37,648 nucleotides of DNA from Bacteroidota bacterium (GTDB lineage: Bacteria > Bacteroidota > Bacteroidia > Bacteroidales > VadinHA17): the NCBI GenBank assembly GCA_051748705.1, contig JBNJHQ010000003.1, positions 1 to 37,648 of the forward strand, written 5' to 3'. This document shows, one piece after another, positions 7,201 through 15,743 of the stretch. How positions within the stretch are numbered: position 1 is the stretch's first letter; every line of letters starts with the position of its first letter. The notes beneath the pieces were generated by a model that did not search any database, was not told the origin of the DNA, and saw nothing but the letters and a program-made list of their open reading frames with translations. The position numbers and the translations under genes are program-made.

Positions 7201-10195
7201 AACGGTTAATGACATTACCCCACCGACAGCCAGTAACCCACCACCTATAGATGTGGAGTGCCCGGGTGATGTTCCCGCCCCGGATGTTACAGTGGTGACC
7301 GATGAGGCTGATAACTGTACGGCAGCTCCCATAGTGGCCTTTGTAAATGATGTAAGTGATGGCAATACATGTCCCGAGACCATAACCAGGACATATTCGG
7401 TTACCGATGAATGCGGTAACAGCATCAATGTTACCCAGACCATAACGGTTAATGATCTTACCCCGCCCACTGCCAGCAACCCGGCACCGATAAATGTAGA
7501 GTGCCCCGGTGATGTGCCCGCACCGGACGTTTCTGTGGTTACCGATGAAGCAGATAATTGCGATGCAGCACCAACAGTGAGCTATATAGAAGACCTGTCG
7601 GATGGCAATACCTGCCCGGAAACAATTACAAGGACTTACCTGGTGGAAGATGCATGCGGCAATTCGATCATTGTTGCACAGACTATTACAGTTAATGACA
7701 TAACTGATCCTGTGATTAGTGATTGCCCGGCAGATATTGTTATACCTGCTGACCCGGCAACGTGTGATGCGGTGGTAAGCTGGACAGAACCCACTGCCAC
7801 CGATAATTGTAACCTGGCTAGCTTTACCGGCAGTCATACCCCGGGAGCCACTTTCGGTATGGGTACCACAACAGTAACTTATACTGCAACGGATGACTGT
7901 GGGAATACAGAAACGTGTACCTTTGATGTTACGGTCATTGATGATCAAGGTCCCGTTATTACCACTTGTGCGTCAGATAAAACCATACCCTCTGATAATA
8001 ATTGTGAAGCACTCGTACCAGACCTTACGGGTGAGGTTATTGCTACAGACAATTGCAGTCCCCCTGTAGTGATAACACAGTCGCCTGCTGCCGGAACAGT
8101 AATAACTGCAGGCACTACAACCGTTACCCTGACCGTAACTGACGGAAGCGGTAATTCGACAGATTGCTTTGCTGATGTTATTGTTATAGACGATATTGAT
8201 CCTGTACTGGTAAGCACAGATACAACCGTATATATAGGTGCCGGTAACATCGCTACAATAGACAGCTCATTTGTGTGGGATGCCACTGCCTCATATGATA
8301 ACTGTGGTATCACCAGCGTTACAATCGATATCAACACCTTCGATTGCAGCATGCTGGGCGCAAACACTGTTAATATAACAGCCTATGATGCTGCAGGAAA
8401 CAATGCTTCAGAAACAGCGACAGTGACAGTGAGCGATACAAACACGGTGATAGCTGATGCAGGGGAAGATGGTACCTGCCTGGAAGGAGGATCATATACC
8501 TTGAGTGATGCATCGGTAGTTAACGGGACAGTACTGTGGGGTACAACAGGAGATGGTGTGTTTGATGACCCTACCCTTGTGAACCCGACTTACACCCTGG
8601 GCCCAACAGATGCCGACAGTGTTAAGTTGTACATGGATGTAACACCGGTGATTGGATGTACCGCTGTGAGCGACACCATGACACTGACTATCAGTAAAGG
8701 TGCTCTGGCAGATGCCGGAGCGGACGATGCGGTGTGTGCCTCGGAAACTTCTTATAATATTACGGATGCTTCATCCGTAGGTGGAACTGTCTTATGGACC
8801 ACCAGCGGTGACGGGAGCTTCGATGACGCCACTATCGACAACCCGGTATATACCTTTGGAACAAATGATTACAGTGCTGGGTCAGTGACCCTGGTAATGA
8901 CAGTCACCAGTGGAGGAATGGGGGGAGAAGATTCGGATGATAAGATCATTACCATAAACGAATTGCCTGGGATTGTTGTTGACGAGCATTCTGATATAAC
9001 CTGCAACGGCTTGACAGACGGCGTATTACGCATAAGCGGCACAGGAGGAGCATCCCCATACCAGTATAATATAAATGGTGGTTCATACCAGGCATCAGGT
9101 GAATTCACTGGTCTGTCAGCAGGTGATTATGATCTTTCGGTCCTTGATGACAACGGATGCCGGAAAGATACCACCATATCGATCATTGAACCTGATGTTT
9201 TAACCTTTACACTGGATAGTGTGACGCATAACACCTGTTACGGATCGGATGATGCTTCAATAAGCATCACTATAAGTGGCGGAACCCAGCCATACGTGAT
9301 AAACTGGACAGGTCCGGATGGTTTCACTTCGACAGAGGAAGACCCGGTTAATCTTGCGGCCGGCCTGTATTCACTGAACCTGACCGATGCCAATAGTTGC
9401 AATGTCTTTACACTGGATACTCTCATAACCGAGCCACCGCAGATAGTGGTAACAACTGTTGATGTATCTGATTATAACGGCTATGGAGTGACATGTTACG
9501 GGGCAACAGATGGGTATATAGAGGTTGATGTAAGCGGGGGTACAGGTGTGCTTACCACCAGCTGGGAAGGCCCCGGCGGCTTTACATCTTCTGATGAAGA
9601 TATATCGGGACTTGAAGCAGGTGATTACACCCTTACGGTGACAGATGAAAGGGGATGTACAGAAACTTATGAAGCGAGTCTGTCCGAGCCGGATGAACTT
9701 ATGATTACATATACGGTGACTGATGCATCATGCCCGGATACAGAAGACGGGTCAATTGATATAACCATCACAGGCGGGGTTACCCCGTATACCGTATTGT
9801 GGAATGACGGCGAAACAGTGGGAGATCGTGATAATGTATACAGTGGTTATTACACTGTCCAGGTAACAGATGCCAATGGCTGTACCACACAGGAAACCAT
9901 GTCGGTGAACGTTATCGGGATCGACTGCCTTGAAGTCCCCGAGGTAATAACCCCAGGTGTGGTTGACGGGAAGAATGATTACCTTATCATAAGGAATATC
10001 AGCCTTTATCCAAATGCAGAGATCAAGATATTCACCAGGTGGGGGCAGCTTATTTACAGTGCCAAAAACCTGGAAGAGAATCACTGGGACGGCACTTACA
10101 GGGGTAAAGCACTGCCGGTTGATTCTTATCACTATATATTGAATCTTGGTGACGGCTCCACTCCCAGAACAGGAACTATTACAATAATTAGATAA
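1238..10195 (+). CDS. Giant T9SS type-B cargo surface adhesin (2985 aa; SprB/HYR/PKD-like repeats)
   Basis: Signal peptide MRSHIFKLLLLFTILNISALSLSGQ. Two paralogous ~480-aa modules each open with a G8-like W-x-D-x-x-T-W motif. Also present: a PKD-like Ig pair (~2770-3297), SprB-type repeats (CNGDSDGAIDI..., ~4741-5215 and ~8950-9920), 81-aa HYR-like repeats and HYR domains (~7700-8440). The C-terminal type B sorting domain (~9930-10192) reads VITPGVVDGKNDYLIIRNI...IKIFTRWGQLIY. Confidence 0.95.
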   Translation: MRSHIFKLLLLFTILNISALSLSGQTTYTTATSGIWSDGSTWIGGVAPGPTDNAIIASGTIVTLFGSDATINDLTIETGAVVDAANRSLTVNGTLLVNGTYTSKDSDAKDLFFNGDTLGGTGIIKTDFANKDVIVSADALIPPASDLSVYGKISLGNDVTVTNKGEIEITESLNGSNSTTSIWTNSDDSYLVTGKTLMPTGILNASSPGNTVEYNGLGDQDIKLPSASTYHNLILRGAGDKNLPAAIVVNGNIEIYNSAVLQSNNYNIDVKGNWTNNSEFVQGTGRVSFTGTGGQTISNPMVETFYNFRIYKTSGELILQNDIIIENLLTMVAGVINTSGNTLTLGTGTATGDLGSLSYFGGFISGKFERWVNNTGSHHFPVGVSNAQRLLININGLSSGGTLLAEFIGGDPGNAGLPLYDTDTTIYNTFVEGYWTLDYSNGFNLGGGNDYNLQLYGTGFTSFPIDGDTRILTRTDASADWQAEGSHLSGSGDMVRRNDLTSLPAHYALGDDTEDCDKPATSAITGPADVCAGQSDVAYSVTDNPPNTYNWTITGGVQASGGNTSSITVDWDATGTDNASVTVIESNACTNGAPVVLPVTVHSIPPESITGKTRVPQNSSGVSYSVPARAGYTYQWTVSGGTQVSGGTTNSITVDWGAAGTGNVSVVAELAGCPQATPVDLEVRIYDIIESIQTGSWDDPATWDCNCVPLETDNVRINAGHTVSLHNANDIEVNNFIVEQSGVLNYNSRPFVVHGDFIVDGTYQGGSDRVLSLDGTDNIIEGEGTVLGGFTIPAGNKTISASSTLAVNAGDITLGASVFVTNKGDISLDGNLIGADATSTWVNSDNSIIELTGELLANGSLRAFAPGNLVEYNGADQTVKTPLNSIYHHLTSNGSGTKTLSNSIIVEGDLLINGTSTLDVSTNNYSITIAGDWTDNATFDARQGLVTFNGATDQTITGAESYYNLVYVNTGGDLVLSDNVIVANNLQMAGRNIVTGSNTISIGIDVANVGSLTYVSGIVTGKMERWINSFGNNLFPVGVATSYNPAWLYINLLNSPGSVIVEFIPNDPGSAGLPLVDDGTTISYQFTDGYWNFTAANGFDVANYDLSLQASNFTSYPQNINTRILKRTNNLDWTFDGDHVTASPPIINRELLSTGISTSGTQFGIAYACGPFTIDAVITEPTCNGDSDGAIDITPSDGASPYTYLWSPGGQTTEDISGLTAGNYTVDVTDALGCVTQETFNVSEPGEIVIDYLVTDVECAGDTDGAIDISVSGGTEPYTYTWSTTDGSGLSPSDEDQAGLSDGTYTVLVNDVNGCAMTEDIVVSVVDPFPPSIICPGNLTAECDISEQPAYLTYDEFTAAGGTASDNCEIDPDSFTMLSETSDGNSCPETVTRIYQIFDVNGNSETCTHIITVDDVSPPTASDPAPIDVECPGDVPAPDVSVVTDAADNCTASPTVAFVNDVSDGNTCPETITRTYSVTDDCGNSINVTQTITVDDTTSPTASNPPPIDVECPADVPAPDISVVTDEADNCTAAPTVAFVSDVSDGNTCPRTITRTYSVTDECGNSINVTQTITVNDITPPTASNPPPIDVECPGDVPAPDVTVVTDEADNCTAAPTVAFVNDVSDGNTCPETITRTYSVTDECGNSINVTQTITVNDITPPTASNPAPIDVECPGDVPAPDITVVTDEADNCGSAPTVAFVSDVSDGNTCPETITRTYSVTDDCGNSINVTQTITINDTTAPLAVEAPGALDVTLDCADASGLNAALLMEPSFTDNCTAAGSLVVNMISDNTVADPLCPDAYVRTRTWTATDECGNTSSSYIQTITVNDLIPPTASDPAPIDVECPGDVPAPDVTVVTDEADNCTAAPTVAFVNDVSDGNTCPETITRTYSVTDDCGNSINVTQIITVDDTTPPTASNPAPIDVECPADVPAPDISVVTDEADNCTVAPTVAFVSDLSDGNTCPETITRTYSVTDECGNSINVTQTITVNDITPPTASNPPPIDVECPGDVPAPDVTVVTDEADNCTAAPIVAFVNDVSDGNTCPETITRTYSVTDECGNSINVTQTITVNDLTPPTASNPAPINVECPGDVPAPDVSVVTDEADNCDAAPTVSYIEDLSDGNTCPETITRTYLVEDACGNSIIVAQTITVNDITDPVISDCPADIVIPADPATCDAVVSWTEPTATDNCNLASFTGSHTPGATFGMGTTTVTYTATDDCGNTETCTFDVTVIDDQGPVITTCASDKTIPSDNNCEALVPDLTGEVIATDNCSPPVVITQSPAAGTVITAGTTTVTLTVTDGSGNSTDCFADVIVIDDIDPVLVSTDTTVYIGAGNIATIDSSFVWDATASYDNCGITSVTIDINTFDCSMLGANTVNITAYDAAGNNASETATVTVSDTNTVIADAGEDGTCLEGGSYTLSDASVVNGTVLWGTTGDGVFDDPTLVNPTYTLGPTDADSVKLYMDVTPVIGCTAVSDTMTLTISKGALADAGADDAVCASETSYNITDASSVGGTVLWTTSGDGSFDDATIDNPVYTFGTNDYSAGSVTLVMTVTSGGMGGEDSDDKIITINELPGIVVDEHSDITCNGLTDGVLRISGTGGASPYQYNINGGSYQASGEFTGLSAGDYDLSVLDDNGCRKDTTISIIEPDVLTFTLDSVTHNTCYGSDDASISITISGGTQPYVINWTGPDGFTSTEEDPVNLAAGLYSLNLTDANSCNVFTLDTLITEPPQIVVTTVDVSDYNGYGVTCYGATDGYIEVDVSGGTGVLTTSWEGPGGFTSSDEDISGLEAGDYTLTVTDERGCTETYEASLSEPDELMITYTVTDASCPDTEDGSIDITITGGVTPYTVLWNDGETVGDRDNVYSGYYTVQVTDANGCTTQETMSVNVIGIDCLEVPEVITPGVVDGKNDYLIIRNISLYPNAEIKIFTRWGQLIYSAKNLEENHWDGTYRGKALPVDSYHYILNLGDGSTPRTGTITIIR
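5492..7708 (+). repeat. Eight near-identical in-frame 243-bp (81-aa) tandem repeats in two blocks of four, split by a divergent 273-bp unit
   Basis: Unit starts are 5492, 5735, 5978, 6221 and 6737, 6980, 7223, 7466, with exact 243-bp spacing. Consensus: PPTASNPAPIDVECPGDVPAPDVTVVTDEADNCTAAPTVAFVNDVSDGNTCPETITRTYSVTDECGNSINVTQTITVND. Confidence 0.95.
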
Positions 10196-10219
10196 AATTG
10201 ACTAACTTTTAACGTCAAT

Positions 10220-11218
10220 ATGAAAAAAACCAAACAAATACTGATTATCATATCCGGAATGCTGCTGGGTATTTCATTACATGCCCAGCAGGTTCCAATG
10301 TATAGCCAGTATGTAATGAACGGATTCTTAATAAATCCATCATATGCAGGGAATGACGGTTATACAAGCCTTAACCTGACTGCCAGGGAGCAATGGATAG
10401 GTATACCATCTTCTCCGAGTACCTATGCTGTCAGCTTCCAGACAAGGCTACTTAAAAACAGTTATATCCAGAGATCCACATCTGTCAGGAAGAAAGAGGT
10501 AAAGCCAACCAGGAAAAGCCGTGTTGGCCTGGGAGGCTATATTTTTAACGACAGGAACGGTATTATAAGGCGAACAGGTTTTGAAGCAGCCTATGCTTAC
10601 CATATAGAGATAGGAAGGTACGGGTCACAACTGTCATTCGGACTGGCATCAACCTTTTACCAGTTTGCCGTTGACCTGGATGGTGTAATTTTAGCTGATG
10701 AAGACGACGAGTTCCTGAATAATTACGACAGGGTAGTATATATCCCTGACTTTAATTTCGGAGTTAGTTATACAGCCGATAAATATTATCTTGGATTTTC
10801 TGCCACACAGATGTTCAGGGGATCACTGACCCTGGGTAACACTGCTAAAAATCCGCGGGCTGAGGTGGGGCATTTCTTTCTTACCGGTGGGATGAAGATA
10901 CCCATATCAGGGAATGACTGGATACTGGAACCTTCAGCTTTTATTAAAACATCAGATTTGGTCCTCAAAGCAGCACAGATGGACATAACCACAAGAGTAT
11001 ATTATAAGGAAGATTACTGGGCCGGGATATCATACCGTACACAGGATGCATTGATAATGTTACTGGGATTTACCTATGATAAGTTCTTTTTTGCCTATGC
11101 CTTTGATTTTGCTTTAACCGATATAAGGAAGCACAGTTACGGCTCGCATGAACTGTCATTTGCCGTTAAATTTGGTGGTGAGAGTGCAAGGAGATATCGC
11201 TGGCTGAACCAGTACTAG
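10220..11218 (+). CDS. PorP/SprF-family type IX secretion system membrane protein
   Basis: Signal peptide followed by QQVPMYSQYVMNGFLINPSYAG...REQWIGIPSSPST, the family signature. It lies 24 nt downstream of a type-B CTD cargo gene, which is the usual pairing. Confidence 0.9.
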   Translation: MKKTKQILIIISGMLLGISLHAQQVPMYSQYVMNGFLINPSYAGNDGYTSLNLTAREQWIGIPSSPSTYAVSFQTRLLKNSYIQRSTSVRKKEVKPTRKSRVGLGGYIFNDRNGIIRRTGFEAAYAYHIEIGRYGSQLSFGLASTFYQFAVDLDGVILADEDDEFLNNYDRVVYIPDFNFGVSYTADKYYLGFSATQMFRGSLTLGNTAKNPRAEVGHFFLTGGMKIPISGNDWILEPSAFIKTSDLVLKAAQMDITTRVYYKEDYWAGISYRTQDALIMLLGFTYDKFFFAYAFDFALTDIRKHSYGSHELSFAVKFGGESARRYRWLNQY

Positions 11219-11244
11219 TGATTTAAGCAAGCTGCATATTATTC

Positions 11245-12651
11245 ATGAATAAGCTTTACTTTTTTTTGCTTATAATTTTTATCTGCCTGTCATCATGTGA
11301 AAAGAAAAGATATTTCCATGGTGATATTGCCACTATAAAATTTTCTGAGGATACCATACATTTTGATACAGTATTTACCAGCATTGGTACAGTAACAAAA
11401 GAACTGAGGGTCATTAATCCATATAAATCATGGCTTAATATAAGTGCAATAAACCTTGCGGGCGGGGAAAATTCACCTTTCAGGTTAAATGTTGACGGTG
11501 TGCCTGCCACAAGCTTTAACGACATTGAAATAGCACCCTCCGACAGCCTATTTGTTTTCATTGATGCCATTATTGACCCAAATAATCAAAACAACCCCGT
11601 ACTGATAAATGATTCAATAGAATTTGAAATCAAAGGAAATATCCAGGACGTAAACCTTATTGCCTGGGGCCAGGATATCAACCTGGTTAATTCTGCGATT
11701 ATTGAAACCGAAACATGGACCGGGGATAAGCCCTACGTGGTATACAATTCGATGCTTGTTGACACCGGTCATGTACTTACTGTCAGTGAAGGCGCTGAGA
11801 TACTTTTTCACAGGGGATCAAGCATGTATATTGCCGGCTCACTGGTAGTTAACGGGACGGTCGAAAAGCCCGTTGTTTTTGCCTCGGACAGGATAGAAGA
11901 AATGTATTCCGATGTGCCTGCCCTGTGGCAGGGATTATATTTTCTGAACGGCAGCTCCGGTAACAGGATCCACAATGCCAGGCTGACAAATGCAGTGTCG
12001 GGGATTCATGCAGGCAACCTGGGAACGCCGGATCCCCCGCCTGACCTCGAATTGCATAACCTTTTTATTGCTCATATGTCGGTTAGCGGTTTATCATCAC
12101 TGGGTGCCGCCATTACAGCAGAAAACACAGTTATTGCACACTGCGGTAATTACTGTACATTTATTGCAATGGGAGGTGATTACAGTTTTACCCATTGCAC
12201 GATGGCAAACCGCTGGGATTATTCTAACAGGCTTAGCCCGGCACTTTATATAAGTGATTTCTATGATTATGATGAGATGCGCTATACCGGGGAACTGTAC
12301 GGCGCGGGTTTCTATAATTCTGTTATTACAGGTCGGAGACCGTCAGAAATATATATAGAAAGCACTGATAATGTCGATCTTAATGTTGAATTTATAAATT
12401 GCCTTGTGCAAAAAGAGGGCCTTGCGGATTATAAATATGAAGACTGCCTTATCAATGAGGATCCATTATTTTTCAGTTGGATCGATTATGATTTCCGTCC
12501 CGACACACTGTCGCCGCTGATTAACCGGGGACTGGTATATTATGCTCAAATGCTTCCTTATGACCTGCGTGGCAACAGCAGGCTGGATGATGCAGCACCG
12601 GATATGGGTGCCTACGAAAAACAAGCAGGTGAAAATGCAGAAAATGAATAA
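11245..12651 (+). CDS. Lipoprotein with an N-terminal Ig-like domain and a right-handed beta-helix-like region
   Basis: Lipobox-like LSSC. The C-terminal motif DLRGNSRLDDAAPDMGAYE is typical of beta-helix / choice-of-anchor-Q-like proteins. Function unknown. Confidence 0.6.
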   Translation: MNKLYFFLLIIFICLSSCEKKRYFHGDIATIKFSEDTIHFDTVFTSIGTVTKELRVINPYKSWLNISAINLAGGENSPFRLNVDGVPATSFNDIEIAPSDSLFVFIDAIIDPNNQNNPVLINDSIEFEIKGNIQDVNLIAWGQDINLVNSAIIETETWTGDKPYVVYNSMLVDTGHVLTVSEGAEILFHRGSSMYIAGSLVVNGTVEKPVVFASDRIEEMYSDVPALWQGLYFLNGSSGNRIHNARLTNAVSGIHAGNLGTPDPPPDLELHNLFIAHMSVSGLSSLGAAITAENTVIAHCGNYCTFIAMGGDYSFTHCTMANRWDYSNRLSPALYISDFYDYDEMRYTGELYGAGFYNSVITGRRPSEIYIESTDNVDLNVEFINCLVQKEGLADYKYEDCLINEDPLFFSWIDYDFRPDTLSPLINRGLVYYAQMLPYDLRGNSRLDDAAPDMGAYEKQAGENAENE

Positions 12652-13675
12652 ATTATTGCTGCCATTGACCCTTGGCGCGGTGATCATCCTTGCCGCCAAT
12701 GATTATAACAGGAAGACACCGGGAAGAACGACAGATGGCCTTAGCATAATGTTCTACAACGTTGAGAATTTCTTCGATACTTTAAACAGTGATCTTGACG
12801 ACGATGAATTTCTTCCGGCATCACCAAGAAGATGGAATACATATAAATATTACCGGAAGCTGAACAGTGTTTTTAAGGTCTTAGTGCTATGTGGTAATGA
12901 TATGATGCCACCTGATATTGTCGGATTATGTGAAGTGGAAAATGAGAATGTATTGAAAGATCTCTGTGAAAAGACCTTCCTTGCCAGGGACGATTATGAT
13001 TACGTGATATCGAAGGGGAGGGATGGCAGGGGAATAAATACCGGTTTACTGTTCAAGGAAGAAAGGCTGGACTTAATATCCACGGAATCATGGTGCCCTC
13101 ATAATGAAGATGGTTCCTTTATGCCTACCAGGGCAATGCTTTATTGTCGCATTAAGTATAAAAATGATACCCTCGATGTAATGGTATGTCATTGGCCTTC
13201 GAGAAGGGGAGGAGCCATAGAATCAGAAGGCCGTCGCAAATTGGTGGCATCTTACCTGAAGGAAAAAGTTGACAGCCTGGGAGCCCGGAGAAAGATAATA
13301 ATCATGGGTGATTTTAACGACGAGCCTGCTTCTGCTTCCCTGCATGAAGTTATGAGGGCAGTCCCGCCCGGTGTGCAAGAAAAAAATGCAGTTTTGATAA
13401 ACCCGGGGGCCGGACTGAATCATAGTAAAGGAAGTTACAAGTACCGGGGAACCTGGTACCTCTTTGACCAGGTCTTGTTATCCCCATCATTATACCACTC
13501 AGAAAATGGATTGCATTACCTGAAAAATAGTTTCAGGATTGTTGATGATAAGGCATTACTTACTGAAGATGCTTCTTTTAAAGGATTGCGACCATACAGC
13601 ACATGGTGGGGCTTTAATTATGCAGGGGGCTTCAGTGATCACCTTCCGGTTACTGTGGAACTGATACATAAATAA
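12635..13675 (+). CDS. Endonuclease/exonuclease/phosphatase (EEP) family protein
   Basis: Motifs MFYNVENFFDT, GLCEVENE, CHWPSRRGG, IMGDFND and SDHLPV. I prefer the start at Met32 of the track ORF (MQKMNKLLLPL, signal-like) over 12542, which lies 110 nt inside the upstream gene. Confidence 0.85.
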   Translation: MQKMNKLLLPLTLGAVIILAANDYNRKTPGRTTDGLSIMFYNVENFFDTLNSDLDDDEFLPASPRRWNTYKYYRKLNSVFKVLVLCGNDMMPPDIVGLCEVENENVLKDLCEKTFLARDDYDYVISKGRDGRGINTGLLFKEERLDLISTESWCPHNEDGSFMPTRAMLYCRIKYKNDTLDVMVCHWPSRRGGAIESEGRRKLVASYLKEKVDSLGARRKIIIMGDFNDEPASASLHEVMRAVPPGVQEKNAVLINPGAGLNHSKGSYKYRGTWYLFDQVLLSPSLYHSENGLHYLKNSFRIVDDKALLTEDASFKGLRPYSTWWGFNYAGGFSDHLPVTVELIHK

Positions 13676-13677
13676 TA

Positions 13678-15135
13678 TTAACCCTTGTCTACCGGCTTTA
13701 ATCCTATCTCTGCAGCTTTTTTTACAAGGTAATCCCTGGCAGCTTCATATTCATTCGGTATTATTCCATCAAGGATAGCTTCTTTGATGCTGTCTTTCAA
13801 ATACCCTACCTGCCGGCCGGGTTTGATATCGAAGATCTCGATTATCTCATTTCCGTCGATGGGAGGCTGGAAATTCCTGATATGATCTTTTTCCTCAATT
13901 TCAATGAGTTTTTGCCTCACAATACCGAAATTGCGTAAATGCTGTTTAACCTTTCTTTCATTCTTTGAAGTGATGTCAGCTTCGCATAAGAGCATCAGGT
14001 CGTCAATATCATCTCCGGAATCAAATAATAACCTTCTTACGGCGGAGTCTGTCACAGATTCCCGTGAGAGGATGATGGGTCGGAGATGAAGGGCAACAAG
14101 TTTTTTTACGTATTTCATGCGTTCATCCATCGGTAACTTTAGCCTTTTAAAGATGCCGGGTACCATTTTGGATCCTATATGTTCATGGCCGTGGAAGGTC
14201 CAACCACTACCTTCAATGTATTTCTTGGTTACAGGCTTGGCTATATCATGCAAAAGGGCTGCCCAGCGTAACCATAAAGAACCTGATTTATTACTGATAT
14301 TGTCAACAACCTGGAGGGTGTGCTCAAAATTATCCTTGTGACCAACGTTATCCTTCTTTTCAATACCTTTTAATTTATAGACCTCCGGGAGTATTTTTTT
14401 TAAAAGGCCGCTGTCATAAAGCAAGCTTAAGCCAATCGATGGTTTGGGACTCATTAATATCTTATTCAGTTCATCAGTGATCCTTTCGTTTGAGACAATG
14501 GAAATGCGATCAGAATTGTCTTTTATTGATTTGAAGGTTTCACTATGAATACGAAAATCGAGCTGACATGCAAATCTTATTGCCCTTAGCATCCTCAGGG
14601 GATCATCCGAAAAGGTTTTCGCCGGCTCCAGTGGCGTGCGTATTATCCCTTTCTTCAGGTCTTCTATGCCGTTAAAGGGGTCGATTAATTTACCGTAATC
14701 AGGCTTGTTAAGGCTGATAGCCAGCGCATTTATGGTGAAATCACGCCTGTTTTGATCATCTTCAAGGGTGCCATCCTCAACAATAGGCTTACGGGAATCC
14801 CTCCTGTATGATTCTTTCCTGGCACCTACAAATTCAATAGTACGGTTCCCTGTCCTGAACATAGCCGTACCGAAATTTTTATATACTGTTACCTTTATTT
14901 TTGGGGATATTTTGGCTGAAACTTTTTTTGCCAGCTCAATACCACTTCCGTCAACGACAATATCAATATCCCTCATGCTGTCGTTACGTTGCAACAGGCA
15001 GTCACGAACATAACCGCCAATAACATATGCTTCCATACCTGCTTCGTAAGCAGAATCGGAAATTACTCTGAAAATGCTGTCAGAGATACATATATTCATA
15101 TCCAAATATGACGATTTGTTCATAATATATGACAA
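13678..15135 (-). CDS. cca: CCA tRNA nucleotidyltransferase / poly(A) polymerase family with HD domain
   Basis: Motifs IGGYVRDCLL, DIDIV, RRDFTINA and DPLRMLRAIRF, plus HD-domain residues (LLHDIAKP...GHEHIG). Confidence 0.9.
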   Translation of the reverse strand: MSYIMNKSSYLDMNICISDSIFRVISDSAYEAGMEAYVIGGYVRDCLLQRNDSMRDIDIVVDGSGIELAKKVSAKISPKIKVTVYKNFGTAMFRTGNRTIEFVGARKESYRRDSRKPIVEDGTLEDDQNRRDFTINALAISLNKPDYGKLIDPFNGIEDLKKGIIRTPLEPAKTFSDDPLRMLRAIRFACQLDFRIHSETFKSIKDNSDRISIVSNERITDELNKILMSPKPSIGLSLLYDSGLLKKILPEVYKLKGIEKKDNVGHKDNFEHTLQVVDNISNKSGSLWLRWAALLHDIAKPVTKKYIEGSGWTFHGHEHIGSKMVPGIFKRLKLPMDERMKYVKKLVALHLRPIILSRESVTDSAVRRLLFDSGDDIDDLMLLCEADITSKNERKVKQHLRNFGIVRQKLIEIEEKDHIRNFQPPIDGNEIIEIFDIKPGRQVGYLKDSIKEAILDGIIPNEYEAARDYLVKKAAEIGLKPVDKG

Positions 15136-15233
15136 AATTACAATATAATGTTTAAAAAACTGTTAATATCTTTGCATTTGAACAACGGTATAATCTTTGA
15201 CGTTATCTTTATAAATAAAACATTAATTGAATT

Positions 15234-15599
15234 ATGATAGAACATCTGACAAAAGAAACTTTTTTAACAAAGGTATTCAATTACGAAGAAAACAAGGAAT
15301 GGAACTTTCAAGGAGATAAGCCCTGTATGATAGATTTCTATGCTGATTGGTGTCAACCCTGCAAGATGGTTGCTCCAATACTTGAGGAGTTAGCGAAAGA
15401 ATATAACGATTCACTTGATATATATAAGATTGACACCGAATCTGAACAGGAACTGGCTGCAATTTTCGGTATAAGGAGTATTCCTTCGCTTCTGTTTATA
15501 CCCAGGGAGGGGCAGCCCCAGATGGCTATGGGAGCCTTACCAAAGGACACATTGAAGAAGGCGATAAAGGAAGTATTGGATGTTGATGAACCAAAATAA
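15234..15599 (+). CDS. Thioredoxin family protein
   Basis: WCQPCK active site. The 121-aa sequence fits a thioredoxin fold (IRSIPSLLF). Confidence 0.9.
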   Translation: MIEHLTKETFLTKVFNYEENKEWNFQGDKPCMIDFYADWCQPCKMVAPILEELAKEYNDSLDIYKIDTESEQELAAIFGIRSIPSLLFIPREGQPQMAMGALPKDTLKKAIKEVLDVDEPK

Positions 15600-15629
15600 A
15601 TATTAAAAAAAAGTTAAATATTGAAATTT

Positions 15630-15662
15630 TTTGGTCTATTAATGCAACAATTCGTATTTTTG
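15630..15662 (+). promoter_or_regulatory. Candidate Bacteroidota sigma-A promoter (TTTG-N21-TATTTTTG)
   Basis: TTTG at 15630-15633 and TATTTTTG at 15655-15662 give a 21-nt spacer. No CDS lies downstream before the terminator at 15744-15772. Confidence 0.3.
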
Positions 15663-15743
15663 TAACGTTAAAAGAACAGAAGGTAACACCAAACAACAAC
15701 AGTAGTTTGTTTTCTGGGATTTAGGTTTAGGGACATTAGGGAA

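Noticed and set aside
5492-7708. Whether the regular repeats here, or those at 37558-37640, could be CRISPR arrays.
   Set aside because: The 243-bp units are contiguous, in-frame protein repeats with no spacers. The 23-bp repeats number only three, with gaps of 1 and 13 bp. Neither has CRISPR geometry, and no cas genes are present.
5287-7948. Long reverse-strand ORFs (379, 259, 279, 85 and 60 aa) inside the adhesin repeat region.
   Set aside because: They lie antisense to an obviously real, domain-rich 2985-aa ORF. Their translations are low-complexity and repeat with the same 243-bp period, so they are by-products of the tandem repeats and codon bias.
12542-12634. The upstream start of the EEP nuclease ORF, which overlaps the preceding gene by 110 nt.
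   Set aside because: The first 31 aa (MLKCFLMTCVATAGWMMQHRIW...) look like out-of-frame read-through of the upstream gene. Met32 begins a normal signal-like N-terminus. The same logic applies to panB (24139 vs 24262), the RluA-family gene (25034 vs 25088) and the MORN protein (22068 vs 22032).
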